Shown here piece by piece: positions 29,001 through 41,000 of a DNA stretch of 64,000 nt. How positions within the stretch are numbered: position 1 is the stretch's first letter; each line of letters starts with the position of its first letter. A program made the position numbers and the translations under genes. The DNA is from Longimicrobiales bacterium (lineage in GTDB: Bacteria; Gemmatimonadota; Gemmatimonadetes; Longimicrobiales; Gaopeijiaceae), in the NCBI GenBank assembly GCA_965204735.1, contig OZ242008.1, positions 1,504,001 through 1,568,000 on the forward strand. Reading direction: 5' to 3'. The notes beneath the pieces were generated by a model. That model was not told the DNA's origin. It was given only the letters and a program-made list of their open reading frames with translations, and ran no database searches.

Positions 29001-32000
29001 ACGATGAAGGTGACGCTGGCTTTCAGGGAGACGACGGTCGTGACGGGCGTGCCGCGGATAAGGATGTGGCTGGGCGCCACGTCCAGGTGGGCGACCTACC
29101 ACTCGGGGTCGGGCACGAGCGAGTTGGAGTTCCGCTACGTGGTGGAGGTGGCGATCAACGACGGCACCGGTGTTGGGATACTCGCCGACGCCGTCGACCT
29201 GAACGGGGGTGCGGTCAGGGCCGCCAACCAGGTCGCCGTGAGTGTAGCGATACCGACGGCGTTGACGATAGTGGACGACCCGGCGTGGAAGGTGGCGGGC
29301 TCGACGCGCATCACGAGCGCTTCGGTGGGGCGGCCGCCGACGGGCAACGTGTTCGAGCGGGGCGACACGGTGGTGGTGACGATGGTCTACTCGGACTCGG
29401 TGGACGTGACGGGCGTTCCGACGGCGTGGCTGAACTTCGCGTCGGCTTCGCACAATCCGGCGCTGTACGCTTCGGGCACGGGCACGGACACTCTGAAGTT
29501 CCGCTACGTGGTGCAGTCGGGGGACGCCGACCCCGACGGCCTGAGCCTCTACGGCAACGCGATTCAGTTGACGGGGGGCTCGACGATCAGAGAGGCGGGC
29601 ACCACCACGAGCGCGTTCCACGACACGCCCTGGCCCCATCTGGGCCAGAACGCGCTCACGAACAGCCCGGACCACATAGTGGCGGGCGCGGAGCGCATCA
29701 CGAGCGTTTCGCTGGGGCCGCCGCCGGTGGGCGACACGTTCGAGCGTGGCGACACGATCAAGGTGATCGTCGTCTACAGCGGTTCGGTGGACGTGACGGG
29801 CGTGCCGACGGTGTGGATGAACATCGGGACGAACAACTTCGCGGGGGCGACGTACGCTTCGGGCACGGGCACGGACACTCTGGAGTTCCACCGCGTGGTG
29901 GAGGCGACGGATGTGGACGGCGACGGCATCAGCATCGGCGGCAACGCGCTGCAGCTGACGGGAACGCCGGCCTCGACGATCACGGATGCGGGCACCAACG
30001 TGGCCGTGCTTGGCGGAACGCCTTGGGGGACGTCGGTGAACGCGATCACGAACAGCGCGAACCACAAGGTGCAGGGCGGGACGTTCACGGCGTCGTCGGT
30101 GAGCGGGGTGACGATAGCGAGCAGCCCGTCGAGCGGGGACACGTACGAGCTGGGCGAACGGATCGAGGTCGAGGTGTCGTTCAACCGCAACGTGGTGGTG
30201 ACGGGTGCGCCGCAGCTGGCGCTTGAGATCGGGAGCGACACGGTGCAGGCGGCGTACGCTTCGGGCACGGGTACGACAGCGCTGGCGTTCCAGTACGCGG
30301 TGACGGCTGCGGACGCGGATTCGACGGGGATCAGCATCGGCGCGAGCGCGCTGGCGCTGAACGGCGGGATGATCGACGACGCCCGGGACACTACGGTGGC
30401 GGCGAGCCTGGGGCTGGGTTCGAACGCGATCGCGAACGCGACGGCGCACAAGGTGGACGGCGCGCAGGGGCCGCCGGGCGTGGTGGGCGTGGTCGTCGGT
30501 TCGCCGCTGGTGGGCGACACGTTCGAGCGTGGCGAGACGATCGAGGTGAAGGTCGCGTTCAACAAGTCGGTGGCGGTGACGGGGACGCCGCGGTTGGCGC
30601 TGGGGATCGGGAGCGCGACGAAGCAGGCGGACTACGCATCGGGCACGGGCACGGACACGCTGGCGTTCCGGTACGTGGTGGTGGCTGCGGACGCGGACGC
30701 GGACGGCTTGAGCATCGGGTCGGGCGCGCTGGCGCTGAACAGCGGGACGATCCGTGTGTCGGGCGGCGCGACGAACGCGGTGCTGGGGCTGGGCGTGCAC
30801 GCGATCACGAACAGCACGGGCCACAAGGTGGCGGGCGGCACGTTCACGACGTCGGCGCCGAGCGGGGTGGCGATCACGAGCGCTCCGGCGAGCGACAGCA
30901 CGTACGGTCGGACCGAGCGGATCGAGGTCGAGGTGTCGTTCACGCGCCCGGTGGTGGTGACGGGCACGCCGCAGCTGGCGCTGGCGATCGACACGCTGAC
31001 GCGGCAGGCGTCGTACGCGAGCGGGAGCGGCACGGCGACGCTGGCGTTCCACTACACAGTGGTGGCGGCGGACAGCGACTCGACGGGGATCAGCATCGGC
31101 GCGAGCGCGCTGACGCTGAACAGCGGGACGATCAACGACGCGCGTGACGGTTCGACGGCAGCGGGCTTGGGTCTGGGCAGCCACGCGATCGCGAACGCTG
31201 CGGCGCACAAGGTGGACGGGAACGTGGGTCCACCGAGCGTGACCGACGTGTCGTTCGAGTACGATCCGCACAACGCGACTTACGAGCGTGGCGAGCAGAT
31301 CGGGGTCCGCGTCCAGTTCCATCGCGCGGTAGACGTGACGGGGACGCCGCAGCTGGCGCTGGGGATCGGGAGCGCGACGCGTCAGGCGAGCTACGTGAGC
31401 GGGACGGGCACGACGACGCTCCTGTTCCGCTACACGGTGGTGCAGTCGGACAGCGACGGGAACGGGATCAGCATCGGCGCGAGCGCGCTGACGCTGAACG
31501 GCGGCACGATCCGGCTTTCGGGCGCGATGGTGGACGCGGTTCTGGACTTGGGTTCGCACGCGGTCGCGAACGAAGGCTTCCAAAGGGTGGACGGTTCGCA
31601 GTTCACGACGCCGTACCCGGGCGGCATGGCCGTCCGCAGCTCGCCGGCGAGCGCGAACACGTACCAGCTGGGCGAGCGGATCTTGGTGCTGGTGACGTTT
31701 ACGACCCCGGTGACGGTGACGGGCACGCCCCGGGTGGCGTTGGGGATCGGGAGCGCGACGCGGCAGGCGGAGTACGCGAGGGGGACGGGCACGCGGGACG
31801 TGTGGTTCCACTACACGGTGGCGGCTGCGGACGTGGACGCGGACGGGATCAGCATCGGCGGGAGCGCGTTGGCGCTGAACGGCGGCACGATCAACGACGC
31901 GCGGGCCGGCGGGTCGGCGGCGCTCCTGACCTTGGCGGGCGAGGCGTTCAGCAACGACGGGGACCACAGGGTGAACGGTGGCCTGGGCGCGCCGAGCGTG

Positions 32001-35000
32001 GTCGGCGTGTCGATCAACGATGCTCCGGCGGACAGCACGTTCGAGTTGGGCGATGTGGTGGTTGTGACGGTGGAGTTCAACGCGGCGGTGACGGTGACAG
32101 GCACGCCGCGGGTGCGTGTCGGGGTCGGGTCGAGCTTGCGCAACGCGTGGTACCAGAGGGGTTCGGGCACGACGTCGCTGGAGTTCGAGTACACGGTGGT
32201 GCAGACGCACGTGGACACGGACGGGATCAGCATCGGCGCGAGTGCGCTGGAGACTCCCTCCGGATCCACGATCCGGCGGTCGGGTACGACGACGGATGCG
32301 CTGTTGGGGCTGGGAGTTCACGCGATTTCGAACAGCGCGGCGCACAAGGTTGCGGGCAACACGGTGACGACGCCGGTAGTGAAGGGCATGAGGGTATCGA
32401 GCACTCCGGCGGTAGGCGACACGTACTTGGGGGGCGAGGCGATCGAGGTGGAGGTGGAGTTCGTGCGGGGCGTGTACGTGGGGGGGACGCCGCAGCTGGC
32501 GTTGGAGGTCGGCGACTCGACTCGACAGGCGGAGTACAACCGCAGGGACGCGACGTTCACGCGGGTGACGTTCCGGTATGTGGTGCAGGCGACGGACATG
32601 GACGCGGACGGGATCAGCGTGGGTGCGGGCGCGCTGGTGCGAAGCGCGGGGGACACGATCGGCGACGGTCGGCAACGGTCGGACGCGGCGGACTTGGCGT
32701 TGGGCTCGCACACGTTCACGAACGCGGCGGGGCACAAGGTGCAGGGCAACATCCCGTACGTGACCAGCGTGTTCTTCCTGTCGGCGACGCTCAGCGGGAT
32801 CAACTACGCGAGCACGGACAGCGTGTTCGGTCTGGGCGACCTGATTCGCGTGGGGGTCGGGTTCAACACGGGCGTGACGGTGACGGGGACGCCGAGTCTG
32901 GCGCTGGGGATCGGCGCGCAGACGCGGAGCATTGCGCAGTGCGGCACGACAGGGGGCGGTACCATCTTGGTGTTCTGCTACACGGTGGTGGCTGCGGACG
33001 CGGACTCGACGGGGATCAGCATCGGGGCGAACGCGCTGACGCTGCCGGGCGGTGCGACGATCCGTGGGACGGGCACGACCACGGACGCGCGGCTGACTTT
33101 GACGCCGTGGAGCTTTGCGGACGCGGCGGCGTTCCAGGTGGACGGCACGAAGGAGGTGGCGCCGGGGGTGAGCGGCGTGACGATCTCGAGCACGCCGGCG
33201 AGCGACAGCACGTACGGCCGGACGGAGGCGATCGAGGTGGAGGTGGAGTTCGAGCGGCCGGTGGCGGTGACGGGGACGCCGCAGCTGGCGCTGTCGATCG
33301 ACACGCTGACGCGGCAGGCAAGCTACACGAGCGGTTCGGAGACGCGGACGCTCGTGTTCCGGTACACGGTGGTGGCTGCGGACGCGGATTCGACGGGGAT
33401 CAGCATCGGTGCGAGCGCCTTGGGGTTGGGTGGCGGGACGATCGTGCTGGCGGGCGGCACGGCGGCGGCGAGCTTGGGTCTGGGCACGAACGCGATCGCG
33501 AACGCTGCTGCGCACAAGGTGGACGGCAGCCTGGGTCCGCCGGGGGTAACGGAGCTGGCGATCAGCTCGCCCGTGGTGGGCGACACCTTCGAGCGGGGCG
33601 AGACGATCGGCGTCGAGTTGACGTTCAGCCGTGCGGTGGACGTGACGGGGACGCCACAGCTGGCGCTGGGAATCGGGAGCGCGACCAGGCAGGCGAGCTA
33701 CGCATCGGGGACGGGGAGTACTGGTCTGCTGTTCCAGTACGTGGTGGCGAGCGGCGACGCGGACGCGGACGGATTGAGCATCGGCGCGAGCGCTTTGGCG
33801 CTGAACGGCGGGACGATCAGGCTGGCCGGCGGCGCCCTGGACGCGACTTTGGGGCTGGGCGCGAGCGCGGTGACGAACAGCGCGGACCACAAGGTGGCTG
33901 GCGGGACGTTCACGACGCCGTCGGTGAGCGCGGTGACCGTCTCGAGCGCGCCTGCGGCGGACAGCACGTACAAGCTGGGCGAGTCGATCGAGGTGAAGGT
34001 GGCGTTCGGGCGACCTGTGGCGGTGACGGGTTCGCCGCGGCTGGCGCTGACGATCGGGACGGCGACTCGTCAGGCAAGCTACGATTCGGCTTCGAGCAAG
34101 GTGGACACGCTGGTGTTCGGGTACTCGATCCGTCCTGTGGATGCGGACACGGACGGGATCAGCATCGGCGCGAGCGCTTTGGCGCTGAACGGCGGTACGA
34201 TTGCGGACGTGCGTCCGGGCGCTGCTGCTGCTGCGCTGGGCTTGGGGTCGAGCGCGGTGACGAACGACGCGGCGCACAAGGTGGACGGTCTGCAGGGACC
34301 GCCGGGCGTGACGAACCTGACGGTTGCTTCGCCGCCGGTGGGCACGACGTTCGAGCGTGGCGACACGATCGTTGCGACGGTGCGGTTCAACAAGTCGGTG
34401 GACGTGACGGGGACGCCGCAGCTGGCACTGGGGATAGGCGCGCAGACGCGGCAGGCGGCGTACGCGTCGGGGACGGGGACGACGTCGCTGGTGTTCCGGT
34501 ACGTGGTGGTGGCTGCGGACGTGGACCCGGACGGGTTGAGCGTGGGCGCGAGCGCGTTGACGCTGAACGGGGGCACGATCGACGTGGCGGGGGGAACGAC
34601 GGACGCCTTGTTGAGCTTGGAGCACCAGGCGTTCAGCAACTTCCTGGCGGTGAACGGCGGGGCGTTCACGGCGGCGTCGGTAGCGGGTGTGACGATATCG
34701 AGCACTCCGGCGAGCGACAGCACGTACGGCCGGACGGAGCGGATCGAGGTCGAGGTGACGTTCAACCGTCGCGTGGCGGTGACGGACACGCCGCAGGTGG
34801 CGTTGACGATTGGTTCGCAGACGCGGCAGGCGGAGTACGCGAGCGGGACGGGTACGAAGACGCTGACGTTCGGCTACGCGGTGGTGGCGGCGGACACGGA
34901 CGCCAACGGGATCAGCATTGGGGCGAGCGCGCTGGCGCTGAACGGCGGGACGATCTCGGACGCTCGGGACGCGACGATGGCGGCGGGCCTGGGCCTGGGG

Positions 35001-38000
35001 AGCTACGCGATCGCGAACGCTGCGGCACACAAGGTGGACGGCGCGCAGGGGCCGCCGGGGGTGACGGGCTTGGTCGTCGCGTCGCCGCCGACGGGCGACA
35101 CGTTCGAGCGTGGCGACGCGATAGCGGTGACGGTGACGTTCAACCGTGCGGTGGACGTGACGGGTACGCCGCAGCTGGCTTTGGGGATAGGGAGTCAGAC
35201 GCGGCAGGCGTCGTACGCGAGCGGCACGGGCACGGCGTCGCTGGTGTTCCAGTACACGGTGGTGACTGCGGACGTGGACGCGGACGGGTTGAGCATCGGT
35301 GCGAGCGCGCTGGCGTTGAACAGCGGGACGATCCGGCTGTCGGGCGGGACGCTGGACGCGACTTTGGGGCTGGGGACGCACGCGGTGACGAACAGCACGG
35401 GGCACAAGGTAGCGGGCGGGACGTTCACGGCGTCGTCGGTGAGCGGCGTGACGATCTCGAGTAGCCCGTCGAGCGGGGACACGTACGGGTTGGGCGAGGA
35501 GATCGAGGTCGAGGTGTCGTTCGTGCGGCCGGTAGTGACGGGCGGCGCGCCGCAGCTGGCGCTGACGGTGGGGGCTCGGACGCGGCAGGCGGAGTACGCG
35601 AGCGGGACGTTCACGAAGACGCTGACGTTCAGCTACGAGGTGCTGGCGGCGGACGCGGACTCGAATGGGATCAGCATCGGGGCGAGCGCGCTGGCGCTGA
35701 ACGGCGGCACGATCAACGACGCTCGGGGCGGTTCGACGGCTGCGAGCCTGGGACTGGGATCGAGCGCGATCGCGAACGCTGCTGCGCACAAGGTGGACGG
35801 CGCGCTCGGACCGCCGGGCGTGAGTGCGCTGTCGATCGGCTCGCCTCATGTGGGCGACACGTTCGAGCGTGGCGAGACGATCGAGGTGAAGGTCGCGTTC
35901 ACCAAGGCGGTGGCGGTGACGGGGACGCCGCAGCTGGCGCTGGGGATCGGGAGCGCGACGAAGCAGGCGAGCTACGCTGCGGGCACGGGCACGGACACGC
36001 TGGTGTTCCGGTACGTGGTGGTGACGGCGGACGAGGACTCGACGGGGATCAGCATCGGCACGAGCGCGTTGGCGCTGAACGGCGGGACGATCCGCGTGTC
36101 GGGCGGTGCGACGGACGCGGTGCTGAGCCTGCGCGATCACTTTGTCACCGACAACGGGAACTACAAGGTTGCGGGCGGGACGTTCACGGTTGCGGCAGTG
36201 AGCGGGGTGACGATCTCGAGCACTCCGTCGAGCGACAGCACTTACGGACGGACGGAGCGGATCGAGGTGGAGGTTGGGTTCACGCGCCCGGTGGCGGTGA
36301 CGGGCGGGCCGCAGCTGGCGCTGGGGATCGGTTCGCAGACGCGGCAGGCGGCGTACGCGAGCGGGAGCGGGACGGCGACGCTGGTGTTCGAGTACACGGT
36401 GGTGGCGGCGGACGAGGACTCGACGGGGATCAGCATCGGTGCGAGCGCTTTGGCGCTGAACAGCGGCGCGATCAACGACGCTCGGGACGGCACGGCGGCG
36501 AGCCTGGGACTGGGTTCGAACGCGATATCGAACGCGGCGGCGCACAAGGTGGACGGCAGCCGGGGACCACCGGGTGTGACGGGGTTGTCGATCAGTGCGC
36601 CGACGGTGGGCGACACCTTCGAGCGTGGCGAGACGATCGAGGTGTCGCTGGTGTTCAACCGGTCGGTGGACGTGACGGGCGTGCCGCGGCTGGCGTTGAC
36701 GATCGGGAGCGCGACGCGTCAGGCGAGCTACGCGAGCGGCACGGGCACGGACACGCTGGTGTTCCGTTACGTGGTGGCGAGCGGCGACGCGGACTCGGAC
36801 GGGATCAGCATCGCAGCGAGCGCCTTGGCGCTGAGCGGCGGGACGATCCGAGTTGCGGGCGGGACGCTGGATGCGGTGCTGGGACTGGGCGCGAGCGTGG
36901 TGACGAACAGCGGGAGCCACAAGGTGGCGGGCGGCACGTTCACGACGCCGGCGGTGAGCGCGGTGACGATATCGAGCGCGCCGGCGGCGGACAGCACGTA
37001 CAAGCTGGGCGAGTCGATCGAGGTGAAGGTGGCGTTCGGCCGACCGGTGGCGGTGACGGGCACGCCGCGTCTGGCGCTGACGATCGGGACGCAGACGCGG
37101 CAGGCGAGCTACGTGGCCGCTTCCAGCAAGGCGGACACGCTGGTGTTCGGCTACACGGTCCGCCCGGCGGATGCGGACACCGACGGGATCAGCATCGGGG
37201 CGAGCGCCTTGACGCTGAACGGCGGGTCGATTGCGGATGTGCGTCCGGGCGCTGCGGCTGCGGCGCTGAGCTTGGGGTCGAACGCGGTGTCGAACGCGGC
37301 GGCGCACAAGGTGAACGGCAGCTTGGGACCGCCGGGCGTGGTGGGGTTGTCGGTGGCTGCGCCGCTGGTGGGCTCCACGTTCGAGCGTGGCGACACGGTG
37401 GTTGCGACGGTGACGTTCAACAAGGCGGTGGACGTGACGGGCGCGCCGCAGCTGGCGTTGTCGATTGGCGCACAGCAGGTGGGAGCCTACGCGGGCGCGG
37501 CGACAGGCACGACGTCGTTGGAGTTCCGGTACGTGGTGATTTCGGGCGACGTGGACACGGACGGGCTGAGCATTCGTGCGAATGCGCTGACGCTGAACGG
37601 CGGGACGATCGACGTGGCGGGCGGGACGACGGACGCGTTGCTGAGCCTGGCGCACCACGCGATCAGCAACGACGGCGCGTTGCGTGTCGCGGGTGGGACG
37701 TTCACGGCGGCGGCAGTGAGCGAGGTGTCGATCACGAGCAGCCCGGCGGGCGCGAGCACGTACGGGTTGAGCGAGGAGATCGAGGTCGAGGTGACGTTCA
37801 ACCGCAACGTGACGGTGACGGGCGCGCCGCAGCTGGCGCTGACGATCGGGAGCCAGACGCGGCAGGCGGCGTACGATTCGGCGACGAGCGTGGGGGCGGG
37901 CGGTCGCGTGCTGACGTTCCGCTACACGGTGGCGGCTGCGGACGCGGACGCCAATGGCATCAGCATCGGTGCGAGCGCGCTGACGCTGAACGGCGGGACG

Positions 38001-41000
38001 ATCGCGGACGCGCGCGACGGTTCGACGGCTGCGAGCCTGGGGCTGGGCAGCCACGCGATCGCGAACAGCACGGGCCACCGTGTGGACGGCGCCCAGGGCC
38101 CGCCGGGGGTGAGCGGTGTGTCGATCGCGTCGCCGCCGGTCGGCGACACCTTCGAGCGTGGCGACACGATCATCGCGACGGTGACGTTCAACAAGGGTGT
38201 GGACGTGACGGGGACGCCGCAGCTGGCGCTGACGATCGGGACACAGACGCGGCAGGCGTCGTATTCGAGCGGGACGGGCACGGCGTCGCTGGTGTTCCGG
38301 TACGTGGTGGTGACGGCGGACGTGGACGCGGACGGGCTGAGCATCGGCGCGAGCGCGTTGGTGCTCAACGGCGGAATGATCGACGTGGCGAACGGCACGG
38401 TGGACGCCGTTCTGGGGCTGGGCGCCCACGCGGTGACGAACAGCGCGGGCCACAAGGTTGCGGGCGGGACGTTCACGGCGGCGTCGGTGAGCGGCGTGTC
38501 GCTGACGAGTTCGCCGGCGGTGGCGACAACGTACGGCCGAGGCGAGCAGATCGAGGTGCAGGTGACGTTCAACCGTCGCGTGAGCGTGACGGGCACGCCG
38601 CAGGTGGCGCTGACGGTGGGCGCGCAGACGCGGCAGGCGGGCTACGCGAGCGGGACGGGGACGACGGCGCTGGTGTTCCGCTACACGGTGGTGGCTGCGG
38701 ACGCCGACACCGACGGGATCGAGGTGGGCGCGAGCGCGCTGGCGCTGAACAGCGGGACGATTGCCGACGCCCGCAACGGCACGACTGCGGCGGCTCTGGG
38801 ACTGGGCAGCCATGCTTTGAGCGCTGCTGCGGGCCACAAGGTGGACGGCACGCTGGCGGGCGCGTCGGTGAGCGGGGTTGTGGTGTCGAGCACGCCGGAG
38901 AGCGGCGATACCTACGGCCTGGGCGAACGGATCGAAGTGCAGGTCACGTTCGACCGTGCGGTGACGGTGACGGGCGCGCCGCAGCTGGCGCTGACGGTGG
39001 GCACGGCGACGCGTCAGGCGAGCTACGTCGGCGGCAGCGGCACGGCGACGCTGTCGTTCGCGTACCGCGTGCAGGGCGCGGGCAGTGGCGGCAGCGGCAC
39101 GGGCGGCGTGGACGCCGACGCCGACGGCGTGGGCGTGGCTGCTGCTGCGCTGACGCTGAACGGCGCGACGATCGTGAACACGGCGGACGGGGTTCGTCCG
39201 GCGGTGCTGGCGTTGGGCAGCCATGCGATCACGGCGGCCGCGAACGACAAGGTGGACGGCACGGTGGAGGCGGCGCCGGTGGTGGTGGGGTTGGCGGTGA
39301 CGAGCACGCCGGGGGCGAGCGGGCTGTACGGTCCCCGGAGCGTGATCCGCGTGGCGGTGACGTTCAGCCGTCCGGTGGATGTGGCGGGGGCGCCGCAGCA
39401 GGCGGGCCACATGTCGGCTGCGACGGCTCCGGTGCGGCTGGCGATCGAGATCGGAACGGCGGTGCGTCAGGCGAGCTACGTGTCGGGCTCGGGCACGCCG
39501 GTGCTGGTGTTCGAGTACGTGGTGCAGCCTGCGGACCGGGACGAGGACGGGATCAGCATCCCGGCCGACGCGCTGACAGCGACGGGCGGCGCGCTGCGGA
39601 TCGCGGGCGGGACGACGGCGGCGGCGCTGGACTTGAGCGGCTACGAGGTGGAGAACCTGGAGGAGCACCAGGTGAACGGGGCTGGCGGCACGGACCCGGT
39701 GTTCGGTCGCGCGGAGTACGAGTTCAAGCTGACGGAAGACGTGGCGGGGCCAGTGGTGGTGGGGACGGTGAGCGCGACGGACCCCTTCGGGGGCGAGGTG
39801 ACGTACTCGCTGGCGGCGGGCGACGAGGGCCTCTTCGAGGTGGACGCGCGCACCGGCGAGGTGCGGTACGTCGGGACGGGCGAGGACGCGGAGTCGCGTT
39901 CGGAGTTCGTGATGATCGTGCGTGCGACGGCGGACGACGGGGAGCGGACGGGCGACGCGACGGTGACGGTGCGGCTGGTGAACGTGAACGACGCGCCGGT
40001 GTTCACGGCCGAGCGCTACGCCTTCGCCATGGCGGAGAACGTTGCCGGGCCGCTGGCGCTGGGCGTGGCGGAGGCGGTGGACCTGGACGAGGGCGACACG
40101 CTGACGTACCGGCTGGCGACGGGCGACGCGGACCGCTTCGAGGTGGACGGCGCGACGGGCGAGGTGCGGTACGTGGGCGCCGGCGAGGACTACGAGGGCG
40201 CGGGACCGAAGTCGTGGGAGCTGGAGGTGACGGCGACGGACTTGGCGGGCGCGAGCGCCAAGGCGTTGGTGGCGGTGGCGCTGACGAACGTGAACGAGGA
40301 ACCAGCGTTCGCCGACTCTGCGTATGCGTTCGATCTGGCGGAGAACGCTCGTGGACCGCTGCTGCTGGGCGAGGTACGTGCGACGGATCCGGACGGCGGC
40401 GACTGGCTGTCGTACGCGCTGGCCGCGGGCGACGCCGAGCGGTTCAAGGTGAACGCGACGAGCGGTGCGGTGCGGTACGTGGGCTCTGGCGAGGATGCGG
40501 AGACGGGCCCAGGCAGCTGGGAGCTGGAGGTGACGGCGACGGACCGAGGCGGCCTCACAGCGCGGGCGCGTGTGGTGGTGACGCTCGAGGACCGGAACGA
40601 GGGCCCGGTGTTCGTGGAGCCGATCTGGGAGTGGGAGCTGGCGGAGCACGTGGCGGGCCCTGTGGAGCTGGGCGCGGTGGAGGCGACGGACGTGGACGCG
40701 GGCGACACGCTGCGCTACAGCTTGAGCGGCGCGGGCGCGGCGCTGTTCGACGTGGGCGAGTCGAGCGGTGTGGTGCGGTACGTGGGCGCTGGCGAGGACG
40801 CGGAGACGGGTCCAGAGGGCTGGGAGTTCGAGGTGGTAGCGACGGATCGGGCGGGGTTGGCGGCGGTGGCGAAGGTGCGGGTGCTGCTGCTGGACGTGAA
40901 CGAGGCGCCGGCGTTCGTGGACTCCGCGTACGCCTTCGAGCTGGCGGAGAACGCACGCGGACCCCGGGAGCTGGGTCGGGTCGAGGCGACGGACCCGGAC

